64,000 bases of DNA from a virus (lineage: Duplodnaviria; Caudoviricetes), in IMG/VR virus record IMGVR_UViG_3300027759_003166, one strand, 5' to 3'. Position numbers and translations under genes: made by a program. Positions 10,158 through 19,996 of the stretch are shown piece after piece; the first letter of the stretch is position 1; each line of letters opens with the position of its first letter. A model generated the notes under the pieces. It was not told where the DNA came from, made no database searches, and was given only the letters and a program-made list of their open reading frames with translations.

Positions 10158-10497
10158 ATGCTCTTCTCATCCAACCTTCGGGTTTTTCATCAGCAGTAGC
10201 AAGTATTGCCTTTGTATCCACTCGCCGCAGTTCAATTATATCGTTGTCGTTTAATTCGAGTTCAACGGTTCTTCCCCAACGTCCATGTTCTACTAAAACC
10301 CATTCTCCGACCTGAACATCAGTTTGTTCTGGACCAATAGCCCATACACGACCCCAGCGTGGATAGATTCCTTCTGCCTTACCGTTATCACTAGTAAGTA
10401 CTATGCCAGCTTTGGTAGTTTGCATACCAAACTCCATATTAGAAACAATAACGGTATCCTTAATAGGAACAATTTTACCTTTAACTTTCATCTGCAA
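10156..10497 (-). CDS. groES: co-chaperonin GroES
   Basis: PIKDTVIV, TKAGIVL, GRVWAIGP, VQVGEWVL pattern. Confidence 0.85.
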   Translation of the reverse strand: MQMKVKGKIVPIKDTVIVSNMEFGMQTTKAGIVLTSDNGKAEGIYPRWGRVWAIGPEQTDVQVGEWVLVEHGRWGRTVELELNDNDIIELRRVDTKAILATADEKPEGWMRRA

Positions 10498-10774
10498 CCT
10501 TGGTCTTTCTTGCTGGTGTGGTAGTGTCGACTACGTTTCGTGGACCCGCAGCCAATTTTGGTTCTACAGGTTGTGGTGTATCTGGAATAATTTTATTATT
10601 ACTCTGATAATATTCTGCCATTGCATCTTCACGTTTTTTAATAATTTTGCCGCCAGGTCCGAGTTCGTCTCCGCGAGCATTTACTCTAACATTACCTATA
10701 GCAGGCATGAGTTCATTTTGTCTCATTAATTTATCCATGTCAACTACTTTACCTTGCATTGATCTATGTACCAT
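10481..10774 (-). CDS. hypothetical protein
   Basis: ORF with SD-like GGAG. Confidence 0.65.
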   Translation of the reverse strand: MVHRSMQGKVVDMDKLMRQNELMPAIGNVRVNARGDELGPGGKIIKKREDAMAEYYQSNNKIIPDTPQPVEPKLAAGPRNVVDTTTPARKTKVADES

Positions 10775-10783
10775 ATTTTTCTC

Positions 10784-11308
10784 CTATTTTAAGAATTCTC
10801 TTATATCAAGCTCAAACTTTATTGAGTCTATTTTGTGAACACCTAGCAAGTATAGGCAATAACTGGCTACACTACTACCACGTCCTACACCCCATACTAG
10901 GCTATTTTCTCTCATTGTGTCTACTAAGTATTTAAGATAACCTAGTAGCTCAATCATGTCATATTGGACAAATAATTCCAGTTCTTCTAATACTCTATTA
11001 GTTTCCACATCCGTTTTACACAATGATAGCAAATGTTCTACTATATTTAATGATGTAGATTTATACTCTTCTGGCATAAACCAGTCATTTTGTAAATCTA
11101 AATCAAATTGCTTCAATGACGTATTTGGATCTTTGTAAGTGTTCAGATATTCAAAATTATCTCTATTTAGATCTTTGGCAGTATTAAATTGATCCACTGT
11201 AGTTTGATCCACGTGGATATTTTTAAATGTTTTTATTTTACCCGTATAAAGGGCATCAAACATTTCTGTAGAAGATACTAGAATAGCACCGTACTCATTT
11301 ATTGTCAT
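10784..11308 (-). CDS. stand-alone fragment of DNA polymerase III alpha (DnaE-like)
   Basis: WGVGRGSSVASYCLYLLGVHKID..FL; ends before the catalytic PDxDxD motif. Confidence 0.75.
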   Translation of the reverse strand: MTINEYGAILVSSTEMFDALYTGKIKTFKNIHVDQTTVDQFNTAKDLNRDNFEYLNTYKDPNTSLKQFDLDLQNDWFMPEEYKSTSLNIVEHLLSLCKTDVETNRVLEELELFVQYDMIELLGYLKYLVDTMRENSLVWGVGRGSSVASYCLYLLGVHKIDSIKFELDIREFLK

Positions 11309-11339
11309 TTTGTTAGTTTACACTACTAACTGATTATTG

Positions 11340-11585
11340 TCAACGATCTATTTTAATAAATTCGTCTAAATCTTGATTTCTATTTTGGATAAGTTTCTTA
11401 TTAGCTTCTTGCTGTCTGCGAGATTGTTCATCTTTGTAAACTTGCAATATTACTGAAATTTGTTGCATAACTCCGCTTTGGCCAAATCTGGATGCTATAA
11501 AATATTTCTGCATTAATTCAGTTATTTTATTATCGACATCATCATTTTTTAATGTTGACAAATCTGGCAACAATGGATTAAACAT
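11340..11585 (-). CDS. hypothetical protein
   Basis: 81-aa ORF. Confidence 0.6.
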   Translation of the reverse strand: MFNPLLPDLSTLKNDDVDNKITELMQKYFIASRFGQSGVMQQISVILQVYKDEQSRRQQEANKKLIQNRNQDLDEFIKIDR

Positions 11586-11591
11586 ATGTTA

Positions 11592-12335
11592 TTATCCAAA
11601 CACCACGCCGTTATTTCCAATGCAGAACCATTTGCTGTTAATGTATTGTAATGTACATCCATCGCCGATAGCATCAAATGTCATAGTACCCGAACCTGAT
11701 GATTTCCAACCAGCGTTGGCAACAGTAATAACCATATCGCCATTATCGCCTACCATCATAAAAGTTTTAATTAAACCAATTCGATCGCCTGCTGCTAATG
11801 TAGCGGTACTTGCGGCCGCAGTAGTAAAATAACCCGCAGTTTTCTGTAAATTAGAAGCACCTCCATTAATCAATGCTTCATTGCTTTGAACAGCTAGCGT
11901 ACCTTGAATAATAGTATTTCCAGATACTCCTAATCCTACAGTTAGAATACTACCTGCACAACTAATATTACCTGCACAGTTAATATCACCTGTATCCGTT
12001 ACTGAACTACCATTTAAAACTACGGATGTTCCAGTAAATGTATACCATGTACTGCCAAAATAATATGCTGGTTTATTAACATCAGTTAAAAATACCATAG
12101 TTCCGTCGTTTACATCACCTAAATTATATAGTTCACTAGATGTATGATTGTTTAATGTAAGATTGCTAGGATCAGATGTGGTTAATTGTAAGTCGCTAAT
12201 TTCTGTACTGGCCACTGCTAGTGCAGATTGTACTTTGGCAAAATTTGTTCTAAATCCCTGACTATCATTATCAACTCCTGGTATTGGAAAATTGATATTA
12301 ATATCATCACTATAATTTGTAATTGTACTTGCCAC
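11592..12335 (-). CDS. probable virion/tail-associated protein
   Basis: T/S/G/N-rich beta-type composition, directly downstream of tail fibre gene. Confidence 0.55.
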   Translation of the reverse strand: MASTITNYSDDININFPIPGVDNDSQGFRTNFAKVQSALAVASTEISDLQLTTSDPSNLTLNNHTSSELYNLGDVNDGTMVFLTDVNKPAYYFGSTWYTFTGTSVVLNGSSVTDTGDINCAGNISCAGSILTVGLGVSGNTIIQGTLAVQSNEALINGGASNLQKTAGYFTTAAASTATLAAGDRIGLIKTFMMVGDNGDMVITVANAGWKSSGSGTMTFDAIGDGCTLQYINSKWFCIGNNGVVFG

Positions 12336-12368
12336 TGTTAACTCCGATTATTTTTATTATTTATTGGG

Positions 12369-15300
12369 TTAGATTTTAGCTAATTGTTTTTTGAGTTCTT
12401 TAACTTCTGCAGAAAGTTCTTTAATAGCCTCGACTAATAATGGAACAATTCTTTCATATTTAACAGCCATATATCCATCTTCTCTAGTAGTTACTACTTC
12501 GGGTAATACTGCTTCAACTTGTTGAGCCAGCAATCCTGCTTCTGTTAGAGTGGTATCTCTATCTCTGGCCAACTCATTCCAATTATATGTAATGCCGTCT
12601 AATTTATTAATTTTATCAACCGCATTGGTAATAGGTTTGATGTTAGTCTTTAATCTTTGGTCAGATGCAGAATATGCAATAACATCTCCGGTAACACTTA
12701 GATTATGAGTTCCACCATAACCAAAATACATCTCTCCTTTGGCCAAATAATAAGCAACAGGCCCAAAGCCAGAATCGCCATTGTAAAAAAGGTATTGATC
12801 CATGCCAGTTCCGAATCTTACTACACCACTGTTAGAATTGCTATTAAAATTTTGTAATCTTATCTCTCCGCTTGTTGCGGTGTATTTTGTTGAAGTAGTT
12901 TCTCCGGTAACTTTAAGATTTTTATTATTTCCTACAATTGTATCCATACCCGCAATAAACAATCCGGCACCTAGCCCACTAGAATTAGCGGCGTCATGGG
13001 CCATATAAGTTCCACTACCTGCGGCTCCAAAACGTAATACACCGGCAGCAGCGGTGCCTCCATAATTGTTAATGCTCACTACACTTTGTACAGCTAATCC
13101 ATTGTCTCCAGTTAAGTTCATTCTGGACAGACCTTGTACAGCAAACTCTAATTTATCCCCGTTAGAAGTTCCATCATAGATTGAACTATTTGTAGCAAAA
13201 TTAAATGATTTTGCAAACATTCCCCAACCATTAGTACCTGCTGTTCCACCAACATACAATGATCGTTTTGATCCAGCGCCACCATTCAATGCCCATAATA
13301 AGTTAGCATCGCCTGCTAGTGTTCCTGCATTATTATATATAACCTGCTGTGTAGTACCCGCCCCGGCAGTACCTGTTGCACCTTGAATACCTTGTACACC
13401 CTGAATACCTTGTAATCCTTGTACACCCTGAATACCTTGTAATCCTTGTAATCCTTGTGTGCCTTGATTACCTTGAGCACCGGTTATACCCTGACTACCT
13501 TGAGTACCTGACCCATTAGCACCTTGCGTACCAGCGCCCGCGGCACCGGTGGCACCTTGGGTAGCTGTACCAATAGCACCTTGCGTACCAGCACCAGTAG
13601 CACCTTGAGCAGCAGTAGCACCTGTTGAACCTTGAGCACCATTTGCTCCTTGAACATTACCTGCTTGTCCTTGAACACCCTGGCCGCCTTGAGCACCTTG
13701 AGCAGCAGTAGCACCTATTGAACCTTGAGCACCATTTGCTCCTTGCACATTACCTGCTTGTCCTTGAACGCCTTGATTACCTTGTATTCCAAGATTTCCT
13801 TGTGCGCCTTGTGCGCCTGATCCTTGAACACCCTGGCTACCTTGAATACCAATTACACCTTGACTACCTTGAGTACCATTAGCGCCTTGAGTACCTGTTG
13901 CATCCACTCCTGCTTGTCCTTGAATACCTCTAGTACCTTGATTACCAGTTACACCCTGACTACCTTGAGCACCATTAGCGCCTTGTGCTGTACCTGCCTG
14001 TCCTTGAACGCCTTGATTGCCTTGAATACCTAGAGAACCTATAGAACCCTGAGCACCTTGTACATTACCTGCTTGTCCTTGTACACCTTGATTACCTTGA
14101 ACACCATTAGCACCTTGAGCCGCAGTAGGACCCACTGGTCCGGTAGCACCCTGTGCTGTACCTGCTTGTCCCTGTACACCCTGACCGCCTTGAGCACCTT
14201 GTGTACCTTGACGTCCATTTGATCCTTGAATACCCTGTGCATCTACTCCTGCTTCTCCTTGTATACCCTGCCCGCCTTGAGCACCTTGTGTACCTTGACG
14301 TCCAGTTGATCCTTGTATACCTTGAGTACCAATTCCGTCTGCACCTTGAATACCTTGTCTTCCCTGAATACCTTGACTACCTTGACTACCTTGTGCAACA
14401 GCTGAGCCGTCCCTTCCTTGTACACCTTGATTACCTTGAGTACCAGTTCCTTGCGATCCTTGAGCACCAGATCCCTGTACACCCTGACCGCCTTGAGCAC
14501 CTTGTGTACCTTGACGTCCATTTGATCCTTGAATACCCTGTGAACCGCCACCACCTGTAAATAAAACACCATTTTGGTATAAATTTCCACCAAAATAAAT
14601 GTCTCTACCAACACCCAATCCACCTGCTACTACCATTGCAGCACTTGAAGTAGATGTTGCATTTGTATAATTATAAGTAGAAATTATATCGTCGGTTTTA
14701 ATTAATGTTGTAGTTACAGTTGTATATTGAATTACTAATTTTTCTGCAACAATTTGACCACCAACATATAAATCACCTTGTATACCAGCACCACCAGCTA
14801 CAGTTAATGCACCTGTTGTACTTGACACTGCCGCAGTTGACGTGGTAATAGTTACACTAGGCACTGATAATTTTTTATTAGTGGTACTATAGGACAAATC
14901 GCTAGAATTGTTTAATGGATAGTATCCACTAGTACCACTTGCCATTGTAATATACCAATTTCCCAAAACACTTGTAGCATTGGTAATATATTCGTTATCA
15001 CTATTTGATGAACTAGCTGCTTTGCCAACCATTAAAGTGGAAGTAGAGACCCATGTAGCAGTTGATCCAGAATATTGGAGAATATTTCCAGTACTACCAG
15101 TACTAATAAAAGAAGTTGAACTAGTACCATTTTGAATAGGAATACTTCCTCTTACCCCACCTGCAAGATTTGTTGATGTATTGGCCGTTAATGCCGCAGC
15201 AGCAGCAGGTCCTTGAACACCTTGTATACCTTGTGTACCTTGTATACCTTGAGATCCTCTAGCGCCCTGTACACCCTGACTACCTTGGGCACCATTGTAT

Positions 15301-15617
15301 CCTTGAGCACCTTGGCTTGCCTGTGTACCTTGAGCACCTCGAGTGCCTTGTATACCCTGAACACCAGAACCTTGAGTACCCTGGGCACCTTGAGCACCCT
15401 GAGGACCTTGTACACCTTGAATTCCCTGTATACCCTGTCTTCCTTGTGTGCCTTGTAATCCAACACTACCTGTATATCCTGCAACACCAAGCAATTGTCT
15501 TGCTACAACAGTTGGTAATAATCCTTCAATTCCGTCATTTTTTATAACAAATTGAGCAGAAGAGGGCGTGGCCCCGGGAATTACTGGTAATGTATTCAGT
15601 TCGGCTCTAATTGGCAT
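12369..15617 (-). CDS. collagen-like tail fibre with C-terminal intramolecular chaperone (peptidase S74-like)
   Basis: Long G-X-Q repeats; SDQRLKTNI..GLLAQQVEAVLPEVV..VKYERIVPLLVEAIKEL. Confidence 0.88.
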   Translation of the reverse strand: MPIRAELNTLPVIPGATPSSAQFVIKNDGIEGLLPTVVARQLLGVAGYTGSVGLQGTQGRQGIQGIQGVQGPQGAQGAQGTQGSGVQGIQGTRGAQGTQASQGAQGYNGAQGSQGVQGARGSQGIQGTQGIQGVQGPAAAAALTANTSTNLAGGVRGSIPIQNGTSSTSFISTGSTGNILQYSGSTATWVSTSTLMVGKAASSSNSDNEYITNATSVLGNWYITMASGTSGYYPLNNSSDLSYSTTNKKLSVPSVTITTSTAAVSSTTGALTVAGGAGIQGDLYVGGQIVAEKLVIQYTTVTTTLIKTDDIISTYNYTNATSTSSAAMVVAGGLGVGRDIYFGGNLYQNGVLFTGGGGSQGIQGSNGRQGTQGAQGGQGVQGSGAQGSQGTGTQGNQGVQGRDGSAVAQGSQGSQGIQGRQGIQGADGIGTQGIQGSTGRQGTQGAQGGQGIQGEAGVDAQGIQGSNGRQGTQGAQGGQGVQGQAGTAQGATGPVGPTAAQGANGVQGNQGVQGQAGNVQGAQGSIGSLGIQGNQGVQGQAGTAQGANGAQGSQGVTGNQGTRGIQGQAGVDATGTQGANGTQGSQGVIGIQGSQGVQGSGAQGAQGNLGIQGNQGVQGQAGNVQGANGAQGSIGATAAQGAQGGQGVQGQAGNVQGANGAQGSTGATAAQGATGAGTQGAIGTATQGATGAAGAGTQGANGSGTQGSQGITGAQGNQGTQGLQGLQGIQGVQGLQGIQGVQGIQGATGTAGAGTTQQVIYNNAGTLAGDANLLWALNGGAGSKRSLYVGGTAGTNGWGMFAKSFNFATNSSIYDGTSNGDKLEFAVQGLSRMNLTGDNGLAVQSVVSINNYGGTAAAGVLRFGAAGSGTYMAHDAANSSGLGAGLFIAGMDTIVGNNKNLKVTGETTSTKYTATSGEIRLQNFNSNSNSGVVRFGTGMDQYLFYNGDSGFGPVAYYLAKGEMYFGYGGTHNLSVTGDVIAYSASDQRLKTNIKPITNAVDKINKLDGITYNWNELARDRDTTLTEAGLLAQQVEAVLPEVVTTREDGYMAVKYERIVPLLVEAIKELSAEVKELKKQLAKI
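13380..14545 (-). repeat. coding collagen-like G-X-Y repeats with internal duplications
   Basis: About 69-nt near-identical blocks at about 14171-14239 and 14474-14542; 27-nt tandem units near 13388-13441. Confidence 0.85.
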
Positions 15618-15667
15618 AGGGTATTTCTCTCATATTATGATAATGTATTTATTACTTAGGTAACTAT

Positions 15668-15868
15668 TTAATGTAGAGTTTTTTCAGTAATCAAATTTAT
15701 ATCAGTTATGCCAAAGATTTTTAATATTTTTTTAATTGTTTTAGGAGGATCTTCCATTAAATCTTCTGGAAACATCATACTTTTTAGTTCTCCATTTGGA
15801 CTTATTATAAATCCATAATCACCTTCACAAAATTCTTCATCACTAAAATCTTCTTCTTCATTGATCAT
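15668..15868 (-). CDS. hypothetical acidic protein
   Basis: 66-aa ORF. Confidence 0.55.
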   Translation of the reverse strand: MINEEEDFSDEEFCEGDYGFIISPNGELKSMMFPEDLMEDPPKTIKKILKIFGITDINLITEKTLH

Positions 15869-15943
15869 TATATGTTCTTTTTATTAACTAGGTATTTATA
15901 GAGATAAATAATAGTATCATTTAATTCTTAAAGGAAATGAATC

Positions 15944-16408
15944 ATGTTTAAAAAAATTAAAGAATTCTTCGTAGGTAAGCCCGTAGAAGTAAGCACACCT
16001 GTTCCATATAAAGTAGAAACATATGTTCCTCCAGTAACGGTAGAACCACCTGTAGACGAACATCAACTAGCGGTTCAACTAGCACAGGATGGAGTAAATG
16101 CAGGTAAAACTAATGAACAAATGGCTGTTGAAATTAACAGTAAATATGGCAAAAGTTTTACTGCTCAAAATGTAGCTGATTTTATTGCAGCCAACAATAT
16201 TGTTGCATCTACACCTGTTGTAGATCAAGTGGCAGTAGTAAGTGCTGCCGAAGGTTCTGCTCTATCAGTTGAACCAGAAAAGAAAGCACGTAAACCACGT
16301 ACTCCTAAGGCAGAAACAGCGGTTAAAGAAAAAGCCCCAGCAAAAGCCAAGGCTCCTAAATTGACAGTTGTCAAAGCTGAAAAGAAGCCTAACTCAAAGA
16401 AAGCCTAA
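15944..16408 (+). CDS. hypothetical protein with K/A/P-rich basic tail
   Basis: AAGGA SD, upstream TAAATA; C-terminus KKARKPRTPKAETAVKEKAPAKAKAPK. Confidence 0.7.
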   Translation: MFKKIKEFFVGKPVEVSTPVPYKVETYVPPVTVEPPVDEHQLAVQLAQDGVNAGKTNEQMAVEINSKYGKSFTAQNVADFIAANNIVASTPVVDQVAVVSAAEGSALSVEPEKKARKPRTPKAETAVKEKAPAKAKAPKLTVVKAEKKPNSKKA

Positions 16409-17422
16409 TTGTTTAGCCTGCTCGTGTAATGCGAAGCTGGCTAAATTTTTACCTTTACTTTCGGCCATGATATCAAAGTGGTCTAAAAAACTCAGTGCCC
16501 ATTCGTTCACTGCTGTATTCCAGTAGAAATCAGAATGTGCTCTGAGTTTTCCTTTTTTGTGTCCGCTTTCTAAAAGGGTGCTAAGATCGGGTAATTGTGT
16601 TGTGGAATGGCCTGTGAGTATATCTTCGCGAGATATACTGTAGTGCATAGTAGGACGCACGCCACGCCAACTATCGATAATCCTCTTAACACGGTCGTCA
16701 GTTTTTTCAATGTATTCTCCTGTGTGTATATAATGGTGGTGTATATCTAACACCAAAGCGAGATCGTTGCAGAGTTCAAGACTTGAGTCAATTCCCCAGC
16801 TGATTTCGTCGTTTTCAATGGTGATGCAGTTTCTTGCCTCGGTGCTGAGTCGCTTGAGGGCAGCTTGGATACCGGCTGGACCGGCCCTACCTGAGATATG
16901 GACGTTGATTTTAAAGTCTTGAAACGATTTACCATAGCCCATGAACCTGGCCATATCTGCATGATATTCAAATTCCTCTATGCTCCTATTGACAATATCA
17001 GGATTATCAGAGGCAAGCACAGTAAACTGCCCAGGATGAAAAGAAAGACGTACATCACTGCTGCGAGCGATATCCCCAATAGATAGAAAATTGCGCTCAC
17101 AATAATCCCGAACATCAGTACGGCGCCAGAAATAAGCCCAATCAGATTGGGTATAAACAGGCAGCAAATCACTGCTAAGGCGAACCATCCTAAGATTCTG
17201 ATCAAGTTGTCCTACTCTTTCCACCAGCATTCTGGTGCTTTCAATATTACCCACCATTAAGTCCCAGAGTTTTTGCTCTGCAACATCTTTACTCTGTCTA
17301 TTTAACCAAGCAACAGTGGTAGCACCTGTATTATACTTTTTAGCATCATCTGTGGGTTTAATGCCATTTACCTGCTCTTTATGATCAATCCACTTACACG
17401 CAAATCCAATTCGTTTAGTCAC
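16394..17422 (-). CDS. uvsE: UV damage endonuclease UvsE/UVDE
   Basis: RIGFACK, RLSSDLLP, RLSFHPGQF, ITIENDE, LDIHHH, HSD; GTG start inferred. Confidence 0.92.
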   Translation of the reverse strand: MTKRIGFACKWIDHKEQVNGIKPTDDAKKYNTGATTVAWLNRQSKDVAEQKLWDLMVGNIESTRMLVERVGQLDQNLRMVRLSSDLLPVYTQSDWAYFWRRTDVRDYCERNFLSIGDIARSSDVRLSFHPGQFTVLASDNPDIVNRSIEEFEYHADMARFMGYGKSFQDFKINVHISGRAGPAGIQAALKRLSTEARNCITIENDEISWGIDSSLELCNDLALVLDIHHHYIHTGEYIEKTDDRVKRIIDSWRGVRPTMHYSISREDILTGHSTTQLPDLSTLLESGHKKGKLRAHSDFYWNTAVNEWALSFLDHFDIMAESKGKNLASFALHEQAKQLGFL

Positions 17423-17597
17423 TTTTAGCTTTCGATAGAGTCCATGAACCGTTGTCACCTTCTTCCCAATTTAGGGTGTCGCCTTCTTTCCAGCCTTGTA
17501 AATCCAGCATTGCTTGGGGCAAGGGCATAACAAGATCTCCGCTGCCATCATCTGCTTCTTCTAATGTAACTGTCCAAGATGTTGTTGTAGTTGTCAT
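17415..17597 (-). CDS. AbrB/MazE-like small DNA-binding protein
   Basis: LVMPLPQAML..GWKEGDTLNW swapped-hairpin pattern. Confidence 0.6.
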   Translation of the reverse strand: MTTTTTSWTVTLEEADDGSGDLVMPLPQAMLDLQGWKEGDTLNWEEGDNGSWTLSKAKSD

Positions 17598-17719
17598 TGT
17601 ATATTCCTAATCATGTTAATAACTGTTAACGCTTCTGTAAAATCAGTAATTGGTAATTCAATAGGTTCCCAATTGTGATAAGATTGTTGCCAGCGAATAG
17701 TATATTTCATGTTATTATT

Positions 17720-18652
17720 TTACACGATATTACGGAAATAGTCAATTGTTTTTATCAGTCCTTGCTCCAAATTGATCTTTGGTTCCCAATTTAATAATTG
17801 TTTGGCTTTAGTAATATCTGGTCTACGTTGTTTTGGATCGTCTTGTGGTAACGGCATTTGTAGAATTTTGCTATCGGTTCCTGTAAGTTGGATAATTTTT
17901 TCAGCAAGTTCCCACATAGTGAATTCACCTGGGTTACCGATATTAATAGGACCTACAATATCGTCTTCTGTGGCCATAAGTGCCATCATACCATCTAACA
18001 AGTCGTCAACATAGCAGAAGCTACGTGTTTGCTGACCCGAACCGTAGATAGTAATATCTTTGCCTTGTAGAGCCTGTACAATGAAATTACTAACAACTCT
18101 ACCGTCATTTTCCGCCATTCTTGGACCGTACGTATTGAAAATACGCATGATCTTGGCATGAACACCGTGTACACGATAGTAATCCATAAACAATGTTTCC
18201 GCTGCACGTTTACCTTCGTCGTAACAACTACGTATACCAATCGGATTTACATTGCCCCAATATTCTTCCGGTTGTGGATGAACGTGTGGATCACCGTAGA
18301 CTTCGCTGGTACTGGCCTGCAATATTCGAGCACCTGTACGTTTAGCAAGACCTAGTAAGTTGTAACTTCCAATTACACTAGTTTTCATAGTTTGGATTGG
18401 ATCCCATTGATAGTAATATGGGCTTGCTGGGCAAGCAAGATTATAAATTTCATCTACTTCAACATAAAGAGGCAAGCAAATATCTTGTCTAATAACTTCA
18501 AAGTTTTTACAATCGAGTAAATGTTCAATATTCTTTTTACTTCCAGTAAAATAATTATCCACACAAAGAACATGATGTCCTTCTTTGACTAAACGATCGC
18601 ATAAGTGACTGCCAAGGAATCCAGCACCACCGGTTACTAGTATTTTTTTCAT
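17720..18652 (-). CDS. UDP-glucuronate decarboxylase (UDP-xylose synthase family SDR)
   Basis: [49 protein letters not shown]. Confidence 0.92.
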   Translation of the reverse strand: MKKILVTGGAGFLGSHLCDRLVKEGHHVLCVDNYFTGSKKNIEHLLDCKNFEVIRQDICLPLYVEVDEIYNLACPASPYYYQWDPIQTMKTSVIGSYNLLGLAKRTGARILQASTSEVYGDPHVHPQPEEYWGNVNPIGIRSCYDEGKRAAETLFMDYYRVHGVHAKIMRIFNTYGPRMAENDGRVVSNFIVQALQGKDITIYGSGQQTRSFCYVDDLLDGMMALMATEDDIVGPINIGNPGEFTMWELAEKIIQLTGTDSKILQMPLPQDDPKQRRPDITKAKQLLNWEPKINLEQGLIKTIDYFRNIV

Positions 18653-18681
18653 ATTTTTCTCTTTTTAAAATTATATATTAA

Positions 18682-19341
18682 TTACATTCGATGGTAAGTG
18701 TTTTTTCCAAGAAATTCTTCTTTGTATTCTCTTTTCATAAACATTATATCTATTTGTAATAGGAATTCTTCTGCTCTATGTATTTCTAATATATCTATAG
18801 GTAAAAAATCTTTAGATTTAAAATATTCTAAATAATCATTTATATTTGGAGAACCTAAATTATATTGAATAATTGGACATTCAGTATAGATCAATTTTGT
18901 AGTATCAATGATACTTGAAGATCCAGCCAATATATCAAGCTCTGATCCTTGCGTATCTAATTTGATAAAATCAGGTTTAGGTAAATTGTTTTCTAAAATT
19001 AATTGATCAAGTGTTGTGCAAGGATATTGTACACTGGTAATATTATCGTAATGTGCGGAATTTTCTTTATAATAACTATCTCCTGTACCATTACGTAGAT
19101 AAAAATTAACATATTCTCTTCCGGGATTTGATAATATAGATTGAAAATATTTAAATCCTGTATTTTTTAAGTAATCGGCATGGGCAGAATTAGCTTCAAA
19201 CAATATAAATTCGCTGTCAGGGAATACTGTATTCTTTATGTCTTGACTCCACGTTCCCTGGCAAGCACCAATATCATATATGGTATCAATAGTCAATCCA
19301 GCAGCTTTTAGTTTTATTAAAAATTCTGATAAAGTTTGCAT
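18682..19341 (-). CDS. FkbM family methyltransferase
   Basis: YDIGACQG, FEAN, IKLDTQGSELDIL. Confidence 0.85.
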   Translation of the reverse strand: MQTLSEFLIKLKAAGLTIDTIYDIGACQGTWSQDIKNTVFPDSEFILFEANSAHADYLKNTGFKYFQSILSNPGREYVNFYLRNGTGDSYYKENSAHYDNITSVQYPCTTLDQLILENNLPKPDFIKLDTQGSELDILAGSSSIIDTTKLIYTECPIIQYNLGSPNINDYLEYFKSKDFLPIDILEIHRAEEFLLQIDIMFMKREYKEEFLGKNTYHRM

Positions 19342-19342
19342 T

Positions 19343-19996
19343 TTATAATATTAATTGAAAAGTTTTATCAATAAAATTTTGATATTCTTTTATCACTGTG
19401 TCTACATTTGGTCCTAACCAGTTGTTCATGAATATTTTATATGGAATTGTATTATTCCACTCGTAGATTACTTCAGTTCTATTATATGTTGATACAGATG
19501 ATTTAACAATACTTTCTAAAAAATTTAATTTAGGAATAACAATCATTTCACCGTTTTCAGTTTTATCAAAAATATATCTATGATGTATATATCCTAACCA
19601 ATTAACATTTTCACATCTGGATAATTCTTGATATATAGATGGCATGGTAATAATACCTTGATGTGCAATCTTAGGAAGATATTCTAAAGCAGTAAATGGA
19701 TTATAAACATCTTCTAATGTATGTGTGCAAATAGCGTAATCAAATTTACCATCAATATTAACAATGTTCAACAACTTTTGCCATTCTGTTTCTCTACAGA
19801 TATCCATATTAATAAATTTTGATAAATCCTTTGATGGCACAAAATCAACTATTAGATCGCATACATTTGAACTCCAACCATCTGCTGACCCGCCGATATC
19901 TATAACTCTAAAAGAATTATTCAGTTGTTTTTGTTCAACGATATAATTTATTATATCAGCTCTGCTTTCGGCAATATTGCCATATTTAATTTTCAT
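19343..19996 (-). CDS. SAM-dependent methyltransferase-like protein
   Basis: VIDIGG, FDYAICTHTLED. Confidence 0.6.
   Translation of the reverse strand: MKIKYGNIAESRADIINYIVEQKQLNNSFRVIDIGGSADGWSSNVCDLIVDFVPSKDLSKFINMDICRETEWQKLLNIVNIDGKFDYAICTHTLEDVYNPFTALEYLPKIAHQGIITMPSIYQELSRCENVNWLGYIHHRYIFDKTENGEMIVIPKLNFLESIVKSSVSTYNRTEVIYEWNNTIPYKIFMNNWLGPNVDTVIKEYQNFIDKTFQLIL

Noticed and set aside
13380-15490. Repeats as a CRISPR array or separate ORFs (13484, 14039, 14243, 15188 and plus-strand shadows)
   Set aside because: They are 9-nt-period codon repeats of the collagen-like frame; alternative-frame ORFs are artefacts.
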